Both the position numbers and the translations under genes were made by a program. Below, piece after piece: positions 28,011 through 43,329 of a stretch of 64,000 nt of DNA. The notes under the pieces were generated by a model that worked only from the letters and a program-made list of their open reading frames with translations, did no database searches and was not told the DNA's origin. Positions within the stretch are counted from its first letter, which is position 1, and every line of letters starts with the position of its first letter. Location of the stretch: NCBI RefSeq assembly GCF_009914755.1, contig NC_060927.1. One strand, 5' to 3'. The stretch comes from the human T2T-CHM13v2.0 reference genome, Homo sapiens.

Positions 28011-28075
28011 TGTGTGTGTATGTGTATATATAATATGTGTATATATATATACACATGTGCATATATACATACATA
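27972..28075. repeat. (TG)n-(TA)n-(CA)n compound microsatellite
   Basis: Seen directly. Confidence 0.95.
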
Positions 28076-28804
28076 GTGAAGCACTGCCTATATTCTGGGC
28101 ATCTTATAATAATTGCTGTACTGTTTTAGAACCAAGCACTATCTATGGTAGGTCAGGTATAGGTCACATCTACTTAATTAATTTATAAAAGTAACCAGAA
28201 GAGCACCCCATTCTAATAGTGTTGGCTTGAAGCAGGATCATAAGTGTAAACTTGCAGTGTATCATTCAGTGACGACTGACCTAGTAGCCATTATAGGATG
28301 AAAACGAGGTACCTCAGCCTAGTTCAGGTCATTGTGACATGGTTCAGATTTTACCAGCATGTATCCTGAGCTCAGAATAGCGCCAAAAAGAGTTGAAAAT
28401 GTGGCATCAACTTCATAGTTCAAGGTTTAGTTTCAACGTTTTCTTTTTGCTTTGGAGGAAAAAACAGTTTTTATTCCCTAAGACCAAAATGCAACCAAAA
28501 AAGAACAAAATACAGTGAAAAGGTATGTGAAACTTTCTGATGCCTATGAGAAAAGTTGTATTTGTTATCCCTTTTTTCATAGTTAATGACAGCTTCAAAT
28601 ATTACCTTCCATGACTGACTAAATCTTCCACTGAAATAATAATATTCATGACAACCAGGGAAGTGAAAGATACAGACCTGTATGTTAATGGTAAAACTGC
28701 ATTTTCACATATTAATTTAATTAAACATACAATTTATTTACTCTTTATTCTCTTTTTGGACTGACAGTGTAACATATTGGTAGTCCTAAAAGTAATGAAG
28801 GACA

Positions 28805-29100
28805 GATCAGATGCAGTGGTTCACACCTGTAATCCCAGCACTTTGCGAGGCTGAGATAGGTGTATTGCTTGAGACCAGGAGTCTGAGACCCTCCTGAGAA
28901 ACATGGCAAAACCCCATCTTTACAAAAAATATAAAAAATTAGTTGGGCATGGTGGCACATGCTTGTGATCCCAGCTACTCAGGAGGCTGAAGTTGGAGGG
29001 TCATCTGAGCCCTGGGAGGTAGAGGCTGTAGTGAACTGTAATGGCACCACTGCACTCCAGCCTGGGGGACAGAAGACCCTGTCTCAAAAACAAAAAAAAA
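28805..29100 (+). mobile_element. AluJ
   Basis: Diverged Alu with J-type ttgcttgag/gagccctgggaggtagaggctgtagtga; TSD taatgaagg. Confidence 0.93.
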
Positions 29101-29984
29101 TAATGAAGGGTATAAAAATATATTTTTCCTTTGTGAGCACTTTAATATTAATTACTTTTTAAATAGGACCTTATATATTTCTCTAATTATTGCAACCCCA
29201 ACATTGTCCTTGTGGGGGCAAGTATTCTTTCTTTGGATTTCAGAACCAAACAGCTCTTAAGGCTTCAGGGCAGCCCCTACAACTCTCACCTAGAAAACAA
29301 GTGAGTTCAGGAAAGCACCTAAGTCTATAACTCAGCTTCAATGAAAGTACATGCACAGTGAATTACCTCTGAGCTGTTTCCTCTTTGTTAGGTAATGGCG
29401 AGTCTGGTCCCCTTGAATTGGGTAACATATTGTGTCATCTACTTTGTTAGAGTGCTCTAAGACTTGATAATGAATCAATGATTGAAGCTTTTGGAGGAAT
29501 TCGGCTTCTTGGTTCGTGGGAGGAGGGGTAGGTCTGTGTTTTTGTGTTTTACAGGCAAATTTTCTTCCCTGCCATTTTATTTTGCACATCTCTTAGCATT
29601 ATTGCTGAAATGTGAGAACAGCATTTAGGAAGCCTAACAAAGCTTCCCAAGTGTGAAGCTGTGACATTTTGTTATTCTAGAACCACTTCAGAAAGCAACG
29701 TTGTATTTCTACTTAACATTTAATGTTTTGCAGCTGCTAAAGAATTATTTACAAAGTAGTAAAACAGAGAAAAAGCAATCATTTCCCAACATCATTAGTA
29801 ACAAATATGTTTGCTTATATTTTCTAAAGAAGTGACAAGAAATGCAGATAATGAGTGACTATTTGACAGACATGTACAAATGTGCCAGCCAATATTAGAC
29901 AAAGAAAAATACAAAAACAAGGAACTGAAACGTTTTATAATCTTTTTGTTATAAATGTCATTTTAAATGTCCAGTTAATATTAT

Positions 29985-29987
<3 letters not shown>

Positions 29988-30021
<34 letters not shown>
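29988..30021. repeat. (TG)n microsatellite
   Basis: Perfect TG run. Confidence 0.97.
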
Positions 30022-30025
<4 letters not shown>

Positions 30026-31999
30026 GTCCCTATGCAAGGAGGATTAGAAAGCTTCCCGAAAGGAGGCATTGTATCACCTTCCTCATTTTATAATATAAGG
30101 TGTACTCGTATTTTAGTTTATGGTAATTCCCAATTGAGCCTATTTAAGAATGAATCACAAACATACATGTGGAGAAAAAAATGCCATATTAAAAAAGGAG
30201 AGAAATTAAATTTCTCTCTGAAGCTTTGTTTACATGGGCAACATGAAGTCAATAGAAACCATCTCTGCAGCATTTACTTGATGCTCTATGTTAGAAATAA
30301 ATAGAGAAACTGGGAGGGGCAACCTTCTCTGGCCCTGGAAAAGTTGACTGGATGAAATGTTACCAGTCAGTTATCCCTCTCCTAAACCTAGGATGTTTGC
30401 CACCAAGGGTATAGTCTGACTGGCAAGGCTAAGAAGGAATGGAAATATGATTCAAGCTAGAAAAAAGGATGATTCCAATCAAGTCTCTTAATAACTTCTC
30501 CTATCATCAACTCAGGTTCAACTGGAAAGTGTGAAACTCCTCTCTAAGGCTTTTACTTTTTCCCATCATGCCTAGCTTTTTGAGTACATCTTTGCTCCTT
30601 TCTGGTCTGATAATTTAATGCTGGGTATATTAACTATGTAATTTGTAGACTGTTAGCTCCTTGAAGGAAATGGTCATGCCAAATTCACATGGGGTGTACA
30701 GAGTTGGTATTCAGTAATCATGATTTGTATAAATGGATGTGTAATAAAGAGAAGAGTTTTAACCAAAAATTGTATTTGTTCTGTCTGGCTAGGATTCTTT
30801 GGGTAACTTTATATTTGACAAACTTTGATGGTGAAGAGAAAATGAGATGGAGGTCACTTACTGAATAATTTGGACCTTTAAGCCCCCTTTACCTGGACTT
30901 AAATGGAAATTTGATTGGATTGCTTTCTTCCAATCTGGGCTTCATTTGACCTGATTTGAAAGTCAATAACATGGTTTGATAGAAGGACTTTAATCTATGC
31001 CTCATCTGCTTGATTTCAGAAGTCTTTGGAAAATCTGAAAAAGGTGGGTGTTTTCCGTCATGCCTGGTCTCCCTTTAGAGGGGGTGGTGGGAACAGGAAC
31101 CAAAAACTCTGCTCTCTGGTGATGTTGGTTACATCTGTGCAGCTATCAGTGTTTCCTCCTACACCTCTATCCTAACAAATACATTTTTTGATGTGGGTGT
31201 AAACCTAATTTCCCTGTGCATAATGCTAGTGCCTCTGGAGTGTGCAGAGCTGGCTGGAATGTGCTCTAAGTGGTTTGGGAATAAAGGCTTTTCTTGTCAT
31301 TATTTGCAGTCTGTAGTATTCAGCTGCCAACCCATGCCATATTATTTGTGTGATGCTTGGTGACAGTCTGTGTTGAGTTTTAGCTATGATTTTTGACATA
31401 ATTTAATGAGCTGGAATGCCATTTTCCCCTGTAAGAAATATGTACATATTTTCAATGCCAGTGAAAAGTTGTTTATTTTATACATGTATTATTTTTCTGA
31501 ATCCAGAATGTCTACTCTTAACAAATATTAACATTATATGTTCAGTATGTAAAATGTACTTTTTTCCCCACTCGCATTTATGAGAGGTTTAGTCTTCAGT
31601 ATAATTGAAGGAAGAAAATGTACCTACCTGGTTGCACAAGGGTTTGCTTCTTTCCTACTCTTCCTAATTAGCTTTTAACAAGCTGTCAATCTTCCACTCT
31701 ATATGTTGCATTTGTAAAGAAAGGACAAGGATGAGTTGCAATCTCCCTGTGAAAATAGACTGTGCTTCTTAAGGCAGGTATCTCCAGGCTGTCAGGGTAG
31801 GGCTTAGCCCTACAACTTTGAGTCAAATACAATATGATTTTTGCCTGGTGCCATAAACTGATGCTGAGCATATGTTTATGTGTCTGTGCCATCTGCCCTT
31901 TTCCTTAGAGATGTCATCAGCTTTTTCCTCACAGACTCACTTTAACACAACAGGAAAAGGCCCACCTAATACTTTTCCTTTTGTTAAATTAGAGTTTAG

Positions 32000-32720
32000 A
32001 AATGCAAATTATTTTTTTCTAATAAAAGAAGTAATACACGTTCAGTGTGAAGGATGTAATTCACAAAAATTTACCCAATAAACCAAAATCACTTCTTAAT
32101 CAATCATGCAGAGATAACCAATTTAATATTTTAATGCATTTCTTTGGGCATTTAGATAATGATTTGTGTTTGGTTGTGTGTGTGTGTATGTGTGTGTGTA
32201 CAAATATTTGTTTTCTTCATAGGAAGGTTGCATTTTACATATTATTTTTGTAGCATGTATTTTTATTTAGCAATAGTTTATGAACATTTCCTTTGTCAAT
32301 AGTATTGTTTACAGCACTATTTTTAATATCACTCTAGCATGAGGCAATACAGTAATTTACTTAACCCTCTATTAATGGATGTTTAGGTTATTTTTCAGTT
32401 TTTGCTGTTCATAAATTATCTCTGTGCGGTTCACCTCATGTTTTTAGTATAGATACCTAGCCATGATATTATTGGATCAAACACTATGTACATGTTGGAT
32501 CTTTTATATCGATTGCAAACTGCCCTACCGAAAGATTAACTCATCTTGTACTTCCGCTAGCAGAGAATGAAAGTCTCTTCCTATTCACTGTCCTCTACTC
32601 AGTGGGACTCTCATTATCTTTAACCATTGCCAATATGTCCATTGAAATATGGAATCTTGTTTCTTTAATTTACACTGGCGAGAATAAATGCTTGTCATAT
32701 GTTTAATGGTCATTTCATTG
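32000..32720 (-). mobile_element. Ancient L1 (L1ME-like) 3' fragment
   Basis: aatttacttaacc...attaatggatgtttaggtta...tttgctgtt...gatacctag...attattggatcaa...caaactgccct. Confidence 0.75.
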
Positions 32721-32744
32721 AGACAAGAAAACGCAACTTCAGTA

Positions 32745-33390
<646 letters not shown>

Positions 33391-33949
33391 TTTTTTAAAT
33401 AATTACGCTTTTCTCATAACGTGCTGCCAAACATGCACATGGATTAATTTTATGGATGAAAAATAATTTTATCAAAACATCTTCAAATCATCAACATTAA
33501 ATTCCTTTAAAATATACAATACAGGCATGAAATATCATGAACATTCACTTAGAATTTATTTTTAGCTTAATAAAATTAAAGATAAAATTATAAGAATGGA
33601 TGTTTAAGAATAGGTTTTTAAGTAGTATAATTATTATTGAACTATCAAATGCCAATATCCCTTTTCATACTAATAGCCATACTTGGAATATACAAATTAA
33701 GTATAGAGTTAAGCAAATATCTAGTCAATTGGAGTAATAGAGGGACTTTATTTGATAATTAAAAAATAAATGATTTCTTCATCTCACTCAATGGTAGTAC
33801 CTGTTGCTGTAAGAGGTCAAGCAACTGAATGGTAAAATAGCTAACCATGTTCATTTGCTTCTTAATGGCCTGATATTTGGCTTCAAGTGAAGATGAGTGT
33901 CTGTTTTCTAAAGTTAGCATCAACATACAGGGTTCTGTGATACAATGTG

Positions 33950-34200
33950 GGAGACAGCACAGAGGTGTAGCTATGAACACATATTTTATTGTTAGAAAAC
34001 CTATCTTCAAACCACAGGTTTCCTTTTTAGAGTTGGTTGGCACTGGGTATGTTAGTTAAATTCTCCAAATTTTAATTTCTTTATTTATATAATGAGATTA
34101 TTTACCTCAGAGCCTAATGTGAGAATTAAATGAAATAAGAAATGTCAAGCACATAGCACAGGGTCAAGAACACAAGGCATGTAACTAAGCTGTTAGCTGT
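33950..34200 (+). mobile_element. MIR SINE fragment
   Basis: gagacagcacagaggtgtag...tacctcagagcc...gtgagaattaaatgaaataa...agcacatagcacagg. Confidence 0.65.
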
Positions 34201-36250
34201 TGATTTTATCATTACGGCAGAGACAATGCCAGATTATCCAACATGTGTTTTGTTGATTTGCAAGACCTGACTTTGAAGTATCTGCAGGACAAAAAAAGTT
34301 GAGACGGCCAAAAGACACATAGGTTGTTTGGTCTGAAACTCAGAGGAAAGACCAGAGTTTGAGAAATAATTTGTCCTCTGTAGAAGGGTGAGTAAATGGA
34401 CAGGGATAGAAGTTTTAGGAGAAAGATTGCCCCTGAAAAGGTGAGAGGCAACAGAGTCTAGGACAAAGGAAGAGGACACATTCCATAGACAGGGAGAAGA
34501 ACATCTATGCCATAGTAACAGGAAGATAGACACAAGATGGGTACACACAGTTGCATGAATATTTACGTGATATTTGTCTCAAACTGTTCTGAAACTCCAG
34601 TACCTGTGCTTATGACTGTTAAACATTAATGCTTTCCTTCCTGATTATTCCTAAAGTTTTATTTTCGAATGATTCCATGATTGGACATTATACTTGATTA
34701 TGATAAACTCAAATTTAGTGGCAACCCAGACAGACTTTAGATAAAGTGAAGAGAATTGGGGAAATTAATAATATATTTTAAATAATTATTTTAACATGCA
34801 GAAGATAAAATTTAGTAAATTTAAAAAAATAATATTTTATATCCTCAAAAAAGTTTGCCCTATTTGCAGACACCTCTCTTCACTAAATTTTTTTTTAACT
34901 ATGGTCAACCTATGTAAAAATATATTAACTCATAAATAGAAACAGCTAAACAAGATAATCAGAGTAAATGAGAATTTAGAAAAATAGCTCTCAGCACATT
35001 CTTTCTGAACACACAGTTCTCTTTATATAAAAATAGCATGTTTTAGATGCCTTTTATTATACTTGCAAATCTCAAGGTGTAAATATATTTTTCTGAATAT
35101 ATTCCTTAATATTTCAATAATTGGCTGCAAAAAGGGGCTTTATGTATGATGCAGCCTTTAGTCATTTTTCTCTCCTAGCAGCAGTGATACATTTAAGAAA
35201 GATAAAACTTCTTAATCTACAGAGTGGAAAAGAGCAAAACTGTAAATAAGACATAATTAGAAAGATGTATCTTCTTACGTGATTTGGGGCATTTTGCAAG
35301 TCCTTCCTCTGCTTATTTATATTTTCAGAAAAATTCCCCTAATAGCCAATGCATAATTGTCAATTTATAGACTCTGGGGTAAAAGAGGCATCTGGATTGT
35401 GCTTTTGAGACCTTGTCTTTACTACTTTCAGACTGAATGTGATGAATTGTTAAATAATCTTCAGTTAGTAAAACCAAGCCTTAAAAAATGAAGGCATCCT
35501 ATAAACATTCAGTTTGAAAATACTAAAAAGTATCTGTATAATATTATGTCAGAAAGTGAAACATGACACTGTCGTAATTCTAAAATGAAAATTAAATAGA
35601 ACCAGAATTTATACAAATTTATTACCGTGAGTTTACCAGTGTTGCTGGAGTTTAAGATGTCAGAGGAGGAAATCATTATGTCTGGCATTGCTGGATCAAT
35701 TACCTTTATGGCTTCTAATAAATTTTGTCTTCTGATTTTGATGGATATTTAATCATCTGCTTCTGGAGAGATTTCCATTTATATACCTGGAAAATGCTTC
35801 AACTGAGTACTTATTAACTGTTAGCAATAGATATAGTTCTGAAAGATAGATATAGTTCTGTGGTTACTGTGACTTAAACAAACATTGGGACCACACGATC
35901 ACTTTATAATGAGATTTAGTATCCTTTTGTAGTTAAGAAAAATAAAAAATTTGGTAAAATTATTGTTTTTCTTTATTATCTATAAATGCTTCAAAGTAGT
36001 TAATAAGAGTAATTTATACTAAAACTTTAAACTATTGAACAAATGGAACTGTTGGTAAATACTTTGAAATTTTGTTTCTGTGAATGTAAAACTTTCATTC
36101 AGCCAAGTTTGTTTTAGCTCATGTATAAATATTATGTAAGTATTTGCTGACATAAAAATATATTTACTAGGAACTATAAAATTTATTTTCACATTTACAA
36201 AAAATATGGTATCAGATGCTTATGTGTATGCTGGAACTTTATTGTTATTA

Positions 36251-36318
36251 CTAGGTTGGTGCAAAAGTCATGGCAGTTTTGCCATTACTTTCAATGGCAA
36301 GCGCTGAACTAACAAATA
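36251..36318. mobile_element. MADE1 (Hsmar1-derived MITE), second arm decayed
   Basis: ctaggttggtgcaaaagtcatggcagttttgccattactttcaatggcaa resembles the MADE1 consensus ttaggttggtgcaaaagtaattgcggtttttgccattac. Confidence 0.8.
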
Positions 36319-36391
36319 CGTATGTTTATGTGCAAAGGAGAGTTTAAGAAAATATACTGATGTTCAAACTTGTTCTAAAAAGGTCCTAAAC

Positions 36392-36683
36392 AACTGGGTG
36401 TGGTGGCTCATGCCTGTAATCCGAGCACTTTGGGAGGCCTAGGTGGGTGGATCACCTGAGGTCAGGAGTTCAAGAACAGCCTGGCCAATGTGGCGAAACC
36501 CTGTCTCTACTAAAAATACAAAAATTAGCCGGGTGTGGTGGTGCACACCTATAATCCCAGCTACTCGGGAGGCTGAAGCAGAATTGCTCCAACCCAGGAG
36601 CAGATGTCGCGGTGAGCCAAGATTGCGCCATTACACTCCAGCCTTGGCGACAGAGTAAGACTTCGTCTCAAAAAAAAAAAAAA
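36392..36683 (+). mobile_element. Full-length AluS
   Basis: Forward Alu with A-tail; TSD aaaaaggtcctaaa. Confidence 0.96.
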
Positions 36684-36695
36684 GGTCCTAAATAA

Positions 36696-37124
<429 letters not shown>

Positions 37125-37303
37125 TAGTCTTTCAGTTTGTTCAAATTTGTCTAATCCATGCATATGTCATCTGATAAAATCAGACTCCGGTTAAGACCTG
37201 TGTTCAACCTTTTTAGCAATTTTGATTAGTATATTAATAACTCTGAAGCCACAAATTGGTCTACCTTATATCTTCTTTTTCCTATTAGATGTAACCTTTC
37301 TAA

Positions 37304-37621
<318 letters not shown>

Positions 37622-37888
37622 GAGACCAGGTATCATTCTTATCTCTGTATCCTATATAATACGTCTTAGTGTCCTCCAAATAGTAAAATCAACATTTCAT
37701 GTATGTATATCCCATACCATTCTTGCAAATTTTAATGTGTGCCTTGCATATTCACATAATTTTATTATGGCTTAGTGTTAAACCATTTTGGTTAGATTTT
37801 TCACAACATAACTTATGCATAGTGCAATAAAAGTACATGTCTATGAACAAAGGCATACTGTTGAGAACATTTAATATTGCACCTGATA

Positions 37889-38415
37889 TTGTAGCCAGCA
37901 TTATTTCCCTTTCTTTTCATAAGGACACCATTTTTATGTGAGGGGTGGGATGCAGGTAGGAAAAACACTTTGTTCCATTCATCAGTCTATATACTTCCGA
38001 CATAGCAAACTTCCTGCAGGTCTGTAGATGAGCATGTGGCACAGGTCTGTTCAATCAGTCCAGTCAATCCCATAAAGATAGGTTTAAAGATGGGCATATT
38101 TCCCGATAAGAGCCAACAAGTCTGGAATCCCAGACTTCAGTCTCTCCGGAGTCACTGAGATGAAGAATGTGTGCCTGGAGCTGCTAGCAGTCTTGTTGCC
38201 CTCCAGAAGAGAGCTGTTGCCTAAGAATGTACACAAGAGGTGAGACAAGGAATAGTCTTCGTGACATTTTTTTTATTCCTGAATCTTGTCAGATTTTACT
38301 CTAGTGCTATCCTGGATTTTTCAGTTATAGAAGCTAACAAATGGCCTTATTTTTGCTTAAGCTTGCTTGAATTGTATCTATAACCCTTGCAACTTAAAGA
38401 AGTCTGATTAATAGA
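37889..38415 (+). mobile_element. MaLR solo LTR, MLT1K-like
   Basis: gcctggagctgctagcagtc...tcagttatagaagctaacaaa...gcttaagcttgcttgaattg...cttgcaac...tctgattaata. Confidence 0.7.
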
Positions 38416-38630
38416 GTCGTCTGTACTTTGGTTATTTCATCTACGAAGCAAGGGACTGGAATAGATAGCTGTTTCATGATTTCCCTTTCAGAAATCAGTC
38501 TATATGTACAACAGCATGAACTTAATTACAGAGATCCCATATGTTTATTACATCAGGATAAACTGAAAATGTTTATTATTTTCCTTCATTTTATTTTTTT
38601 ATCTTACTACTAGTTTTTTTAAGTGGTTAA

Positions 38631-38940
<310 letters not shown>

Positions 38941-39225
38941 TAAAATTTACTTTTAACCTCTATATCTTTCCATGATTACTCTGCTGTTTATCAGCAGTCA
39001 GAGTAGCTTAGAATTATCTATTTAAAAATTACTAATAAAAGGCAAGTAATTGTATTTAAACATGTAAGTGACTGTCAGAGAAAAGAATTCACATTTATAA
39101 ATCAGGTTATTATATTAGGTTCTCTTATCTAATTCTTACCAAATCTTGTTATCATTACATAAGTTGTTTTTCAAAAAGATGAACTTTGTTTAAACAAAAA
39201 ATAATACTTATTGATTTTCTTGCAG

Positions 39226-39252
39226 AAAAAGCTTCATGAAAAAGAAAAAAAG
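39226..39252 (+). other. Candidate 27-nt microexon (KKLHEKEKK or KSFMKKKK depending on phase)
   Basis: Acceptor ttgattttcttgcag|, purine-rich body, AAG|GTATTG donor, frame-preserving length. Confidence 0.4.
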
Positions 39253-39324
39253 GTATTGTTATGTTTCTGAGTTAAGCTCTGTTCAATTTTAGAGCTGCTT
39301 GTTATCCAACTGGGCACTAAACTA

Positions 39325-39803
<479 letters not shown>

Positions 39804-40802
39804 GGTATGGCCACCAAAGATGTTCTAAAGTTAAATGATAAAGGAAAATGATATAGTGATGAACTTGTAACACTTTGACAATAAATGAGGTATCTGAGAG
39901 ACATTTTACCACTACAAATGGTAAATATGGAAATAATTTGTAAAATCAGTAAAAATGTAAAATATTATCATCAGTCTACTGTAACTTATCGACAAGAAAA
40001 AATGAAAAAAAAATGCGTATGTTTATTGCTGAATTTATCTGTACCACTAACCCTCAATGAACTATTCTTCAGAAATAGCAATCAAGCCTGACCCAGGAAT
40101 AGTAAATGGCTTATGTATATCTATGCATTCTATAGCAAAACTCTGTGCTAAATGAAGCACAGATGTAATCATCTACATCAGTAGTCACCACTAAGAAAAT
40201 CTTTCTAAATTTTAAATCTTGAGGGAAGTGTAAAAGGTTATTATTATTATTATCATTATCATTGAAGTGCGTAGAAGTGTAACTGCTGTCATTGGGAAAC
40301 CTGCATTTGAAATTTATAGAAAATTTGCTTTGCAAGATAAATTTCATTTCTAGCTTCCTGAATAAACTGTTAGGTTGAAGTGGAATCAGCATTTCACAAT
40401 GTCTGCCAACCATTTCAAATGTCACTTCTTGAGTTGCTTCTTCCCATATCCCACCTTCTTCTTGCATATTCTTTCAGTAGAACCAATGTACTTCTGAGGC
40501 AATAAGAGAAGTAATCACTGATTAGGTAGAACTGACTATTGCTCACACGGTCACTAAACTAAGGTTTAGACACAGAGGACAAACTGAAACCAAGGTTGCT
40601 CTTTCCAAACTCTCCTTTTTAGTTTATTTTCATCATTTTATGTAGAGTATCTTAAATAGCAACATAAACATACATATATATGCACACATACAGGAATAGT
40701 GCATTAGCTCATAAATATGAGAATTAGTCATTGAATATGGAAATAATACTGAGTACTTGCAAAATGCATGAAATCTCCATTAGGTATCAACAGGTCGTAG
40801 AG

Positions 40803-41150
40803 AGGGAATTGGCAATTTTTTTTTTCAGTCTAGGGCCAGGTAGTAAAAGTTTTTGGCTTTGTGGATCATATGATTTTGGCTACAACTATTTGACTCTGCC
40901 ATTGTAGCACAAAAGCTGCCACAGACAAAACATTAACAAATGAGTGTGGCTGTGTTTCCATAAAAACCTTTATTCATGAACACAGAAATTTGATATTCAT
41001 AGAATTATCATAAGTCAGAAATAAAATTCTTTTTTTGAAATGTTTCAGCCACTTATAATATAAAAATCATTCATCCTTGGCTCATAGGCCGTGCAAAAAT
41101 AAGTCAATGGGCAAAATTTGGTATGTGAACCATCTTTTGCTGATGCCGCT
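40803..41150. mobile_element. MER58B-like hAT-Charlie MITE
   Basis: agggccaggtagtaaaa...ctacaactatttgactctgccattgtagcacaaaagc...aaatgagtgtggctgtgtt. Confidence 0.85.
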
Positions 41151-42233
41151 CATAGAGCATTAATACTGTTCTCTCTCAGGGAGAAAAAAATAAAGAATTG
41201 TGTGTGGCATTTAGCAAAGGTTCCCAAATGTGCTTTAAGATGCATGTAATGTTGTTAAAATGAGGTGCCATATTTTTCCCCTTACAAAATACAGATTATT
41301 AGAGTGCTAGGAAAGTGCTATGAAAACAACAGTTTCTAATTTTACATAAAGAGTCCATGGTAAATACACCTCCAGAACAATGCTTTGTTATACAGAGATA
41401 TGATGTCAGTTTCATGTATAGCCAGCTTCCTTGCCAATCAAATAATACTATAGATAGGTGTGACATTATGTCTGGGCATAATCAGTTTTGACTGATAGGT
41501 TGGAATCTAAACAAGAATATAAACAAGAAACTGGAGAATAATTGCTTGACTTAAACTTCAGATAAAAATAGTTGAAGAAGACTAATATTACTAACATATG
41601 AATGTATTAGAAATTATCTAAAAATTGTTTCTTCTTTAACTGCCAAGATGTAATCTAATGATGAGAGAAAGGACCTTGGAAATTTCTATTATTATTTAAT
41701 TTATTGTTTAGTCAAATGGGTCATTTTAAATAGATCACTATTGCAAATATAAGTATTTTTGGTACAATTAGAGGTCATTCCGAATACACAAGAATACATA
41801 TAGTTTAACGTGAAAAAATAAATTATAATCTGATGCCAATTATTAGCAAAAAATATAATTAATGTTATATTCCTACTAGAGAATACATTTTTTAAAATAC
41901 AAAACTTTATACAATAAGCTTTCGTAGAGCTTATATAGATCTTCAATTATGTTAATATTCAAGTACCCAAATTTGATAAGGCAGAGTTTAAATGTTTCAT
42001 TGCATCATGTGGTTTGTCCAAGCCTGTCTTTTTAAAATAAATAAATCAAGCAGAGAGATGCAAAGGGACTTATTTAAGGTTACACAGCAAATTAGCAGTG
42101 AATCAAGACAAGAATACAGCCTTTTCCTATTACAATATTATATAACCAAAGGAAGCAAGAGAAGTCTAGCTTGTGAACAGAGGAAATAAGAATGTTTGAA
42201 ATTGACCAAAAGGTTTTTCTTTATTGTTGTAAT

Positions 42234-42290
42234 CTCCTTCCTCCTCTTTCCCTTCCTCTTCCTCCTTCTTCCCTTATCTCTTCTTCCTTT
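42234..42290. repeat. Polypyrimidine (CT-rich) low-complexity tract
   Basis: Seen directly. Confidence 0.85.
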
Positions 42291-43329
42291 ATAAGCTAGT
42301 TATATGTTATTCTGGGAAAAAATATTATTTGTAGTTATTGCTATCATGAAAAATAAAATTTTATGTGTCCTAAATTTAATTATATTTTATGAAACATTAA
42401 CTCTGACATGATGTGGTAACCATCATGTAGGCAGGACTTCACTGGGGACTCTTCCCCTTTCTGCCCTGGTGCCTGTTTGCTTCCTGCCACTGTATGGTTG
42501 AGTATTTCTGAAGTCCTAAATACACTTAAAGTTGTGGCTTTTATGTATGGATATGATAGTTTTCTTTAAAGAGTTGTCAGTGTAAACGTTCTAAATAGAA
42601 CAAAGCATAATGATACTGGTCATGATTGAAACTTTTTGTTGATAAATAGCATTAAATATAATCTTCCCACTCATGATTCCTAAGAAAGATTAGTAAAATC
42701 CTACATAGTAAACAGCTCACAGACTTCTATAGAGATGGGAAAATTTATTTTTCCCACTGATGAGAACATATGGAGGATTTTCTTTTCTTCAGAGAACTCA
42801 CAGTTTCCAACTGAGTTGGATTTTTTTTAAAAATGAGTTAATAACATTGTGAACATTATAAAATGGTGATTTTAGGCATGTATGAAAAGCTATCAATAAC
42901 AAAAATAGAGATATATCTACAGAATTATGATGCATATTATAATATAGCAAAAAAATTTGGAGGGTAAAGTGATTTAATGAGAATTAGATACTATTTAAGA
43001 TAAATTTTAAATATCTTAGTGGTAAAAGTATATGTCTTTCTGAGAAAATCAAATGTGTTTATTTGCCTGGATAAGTTGTTTATCCAGACAAATATTAATC
43101 AACACTAATTAATTACTATCTATATTAGGGCAAAAGGGCAATATTATGAACATTTTCTTCCCCAAACAGCTGCTCAAATTCTGCAGATCATAATGCAGAT
43201 ATAAATAGCATAGCTCATTATATTTTAGATAGCTGGAGTCTATTAGGCACTTTTGAAAATTATTATTTTGCTCTGCCTATTTTTCTCTCATGGGTTACAA
43301 CTAAATACTGACATGTAAAAGAAACATTA

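Noticed and set aside
33759-34043. Minus-strand ORF with a helical-looking segment LEAKYQAIKKQMNM
   Set aside because: Poor splice context, partly overlaps a MIR, no recognisable family
35827-35860. Direct repeat atagatatagttctg x2 (similar case near 45851)
   Set aside because: Ordinary short slippage duplication
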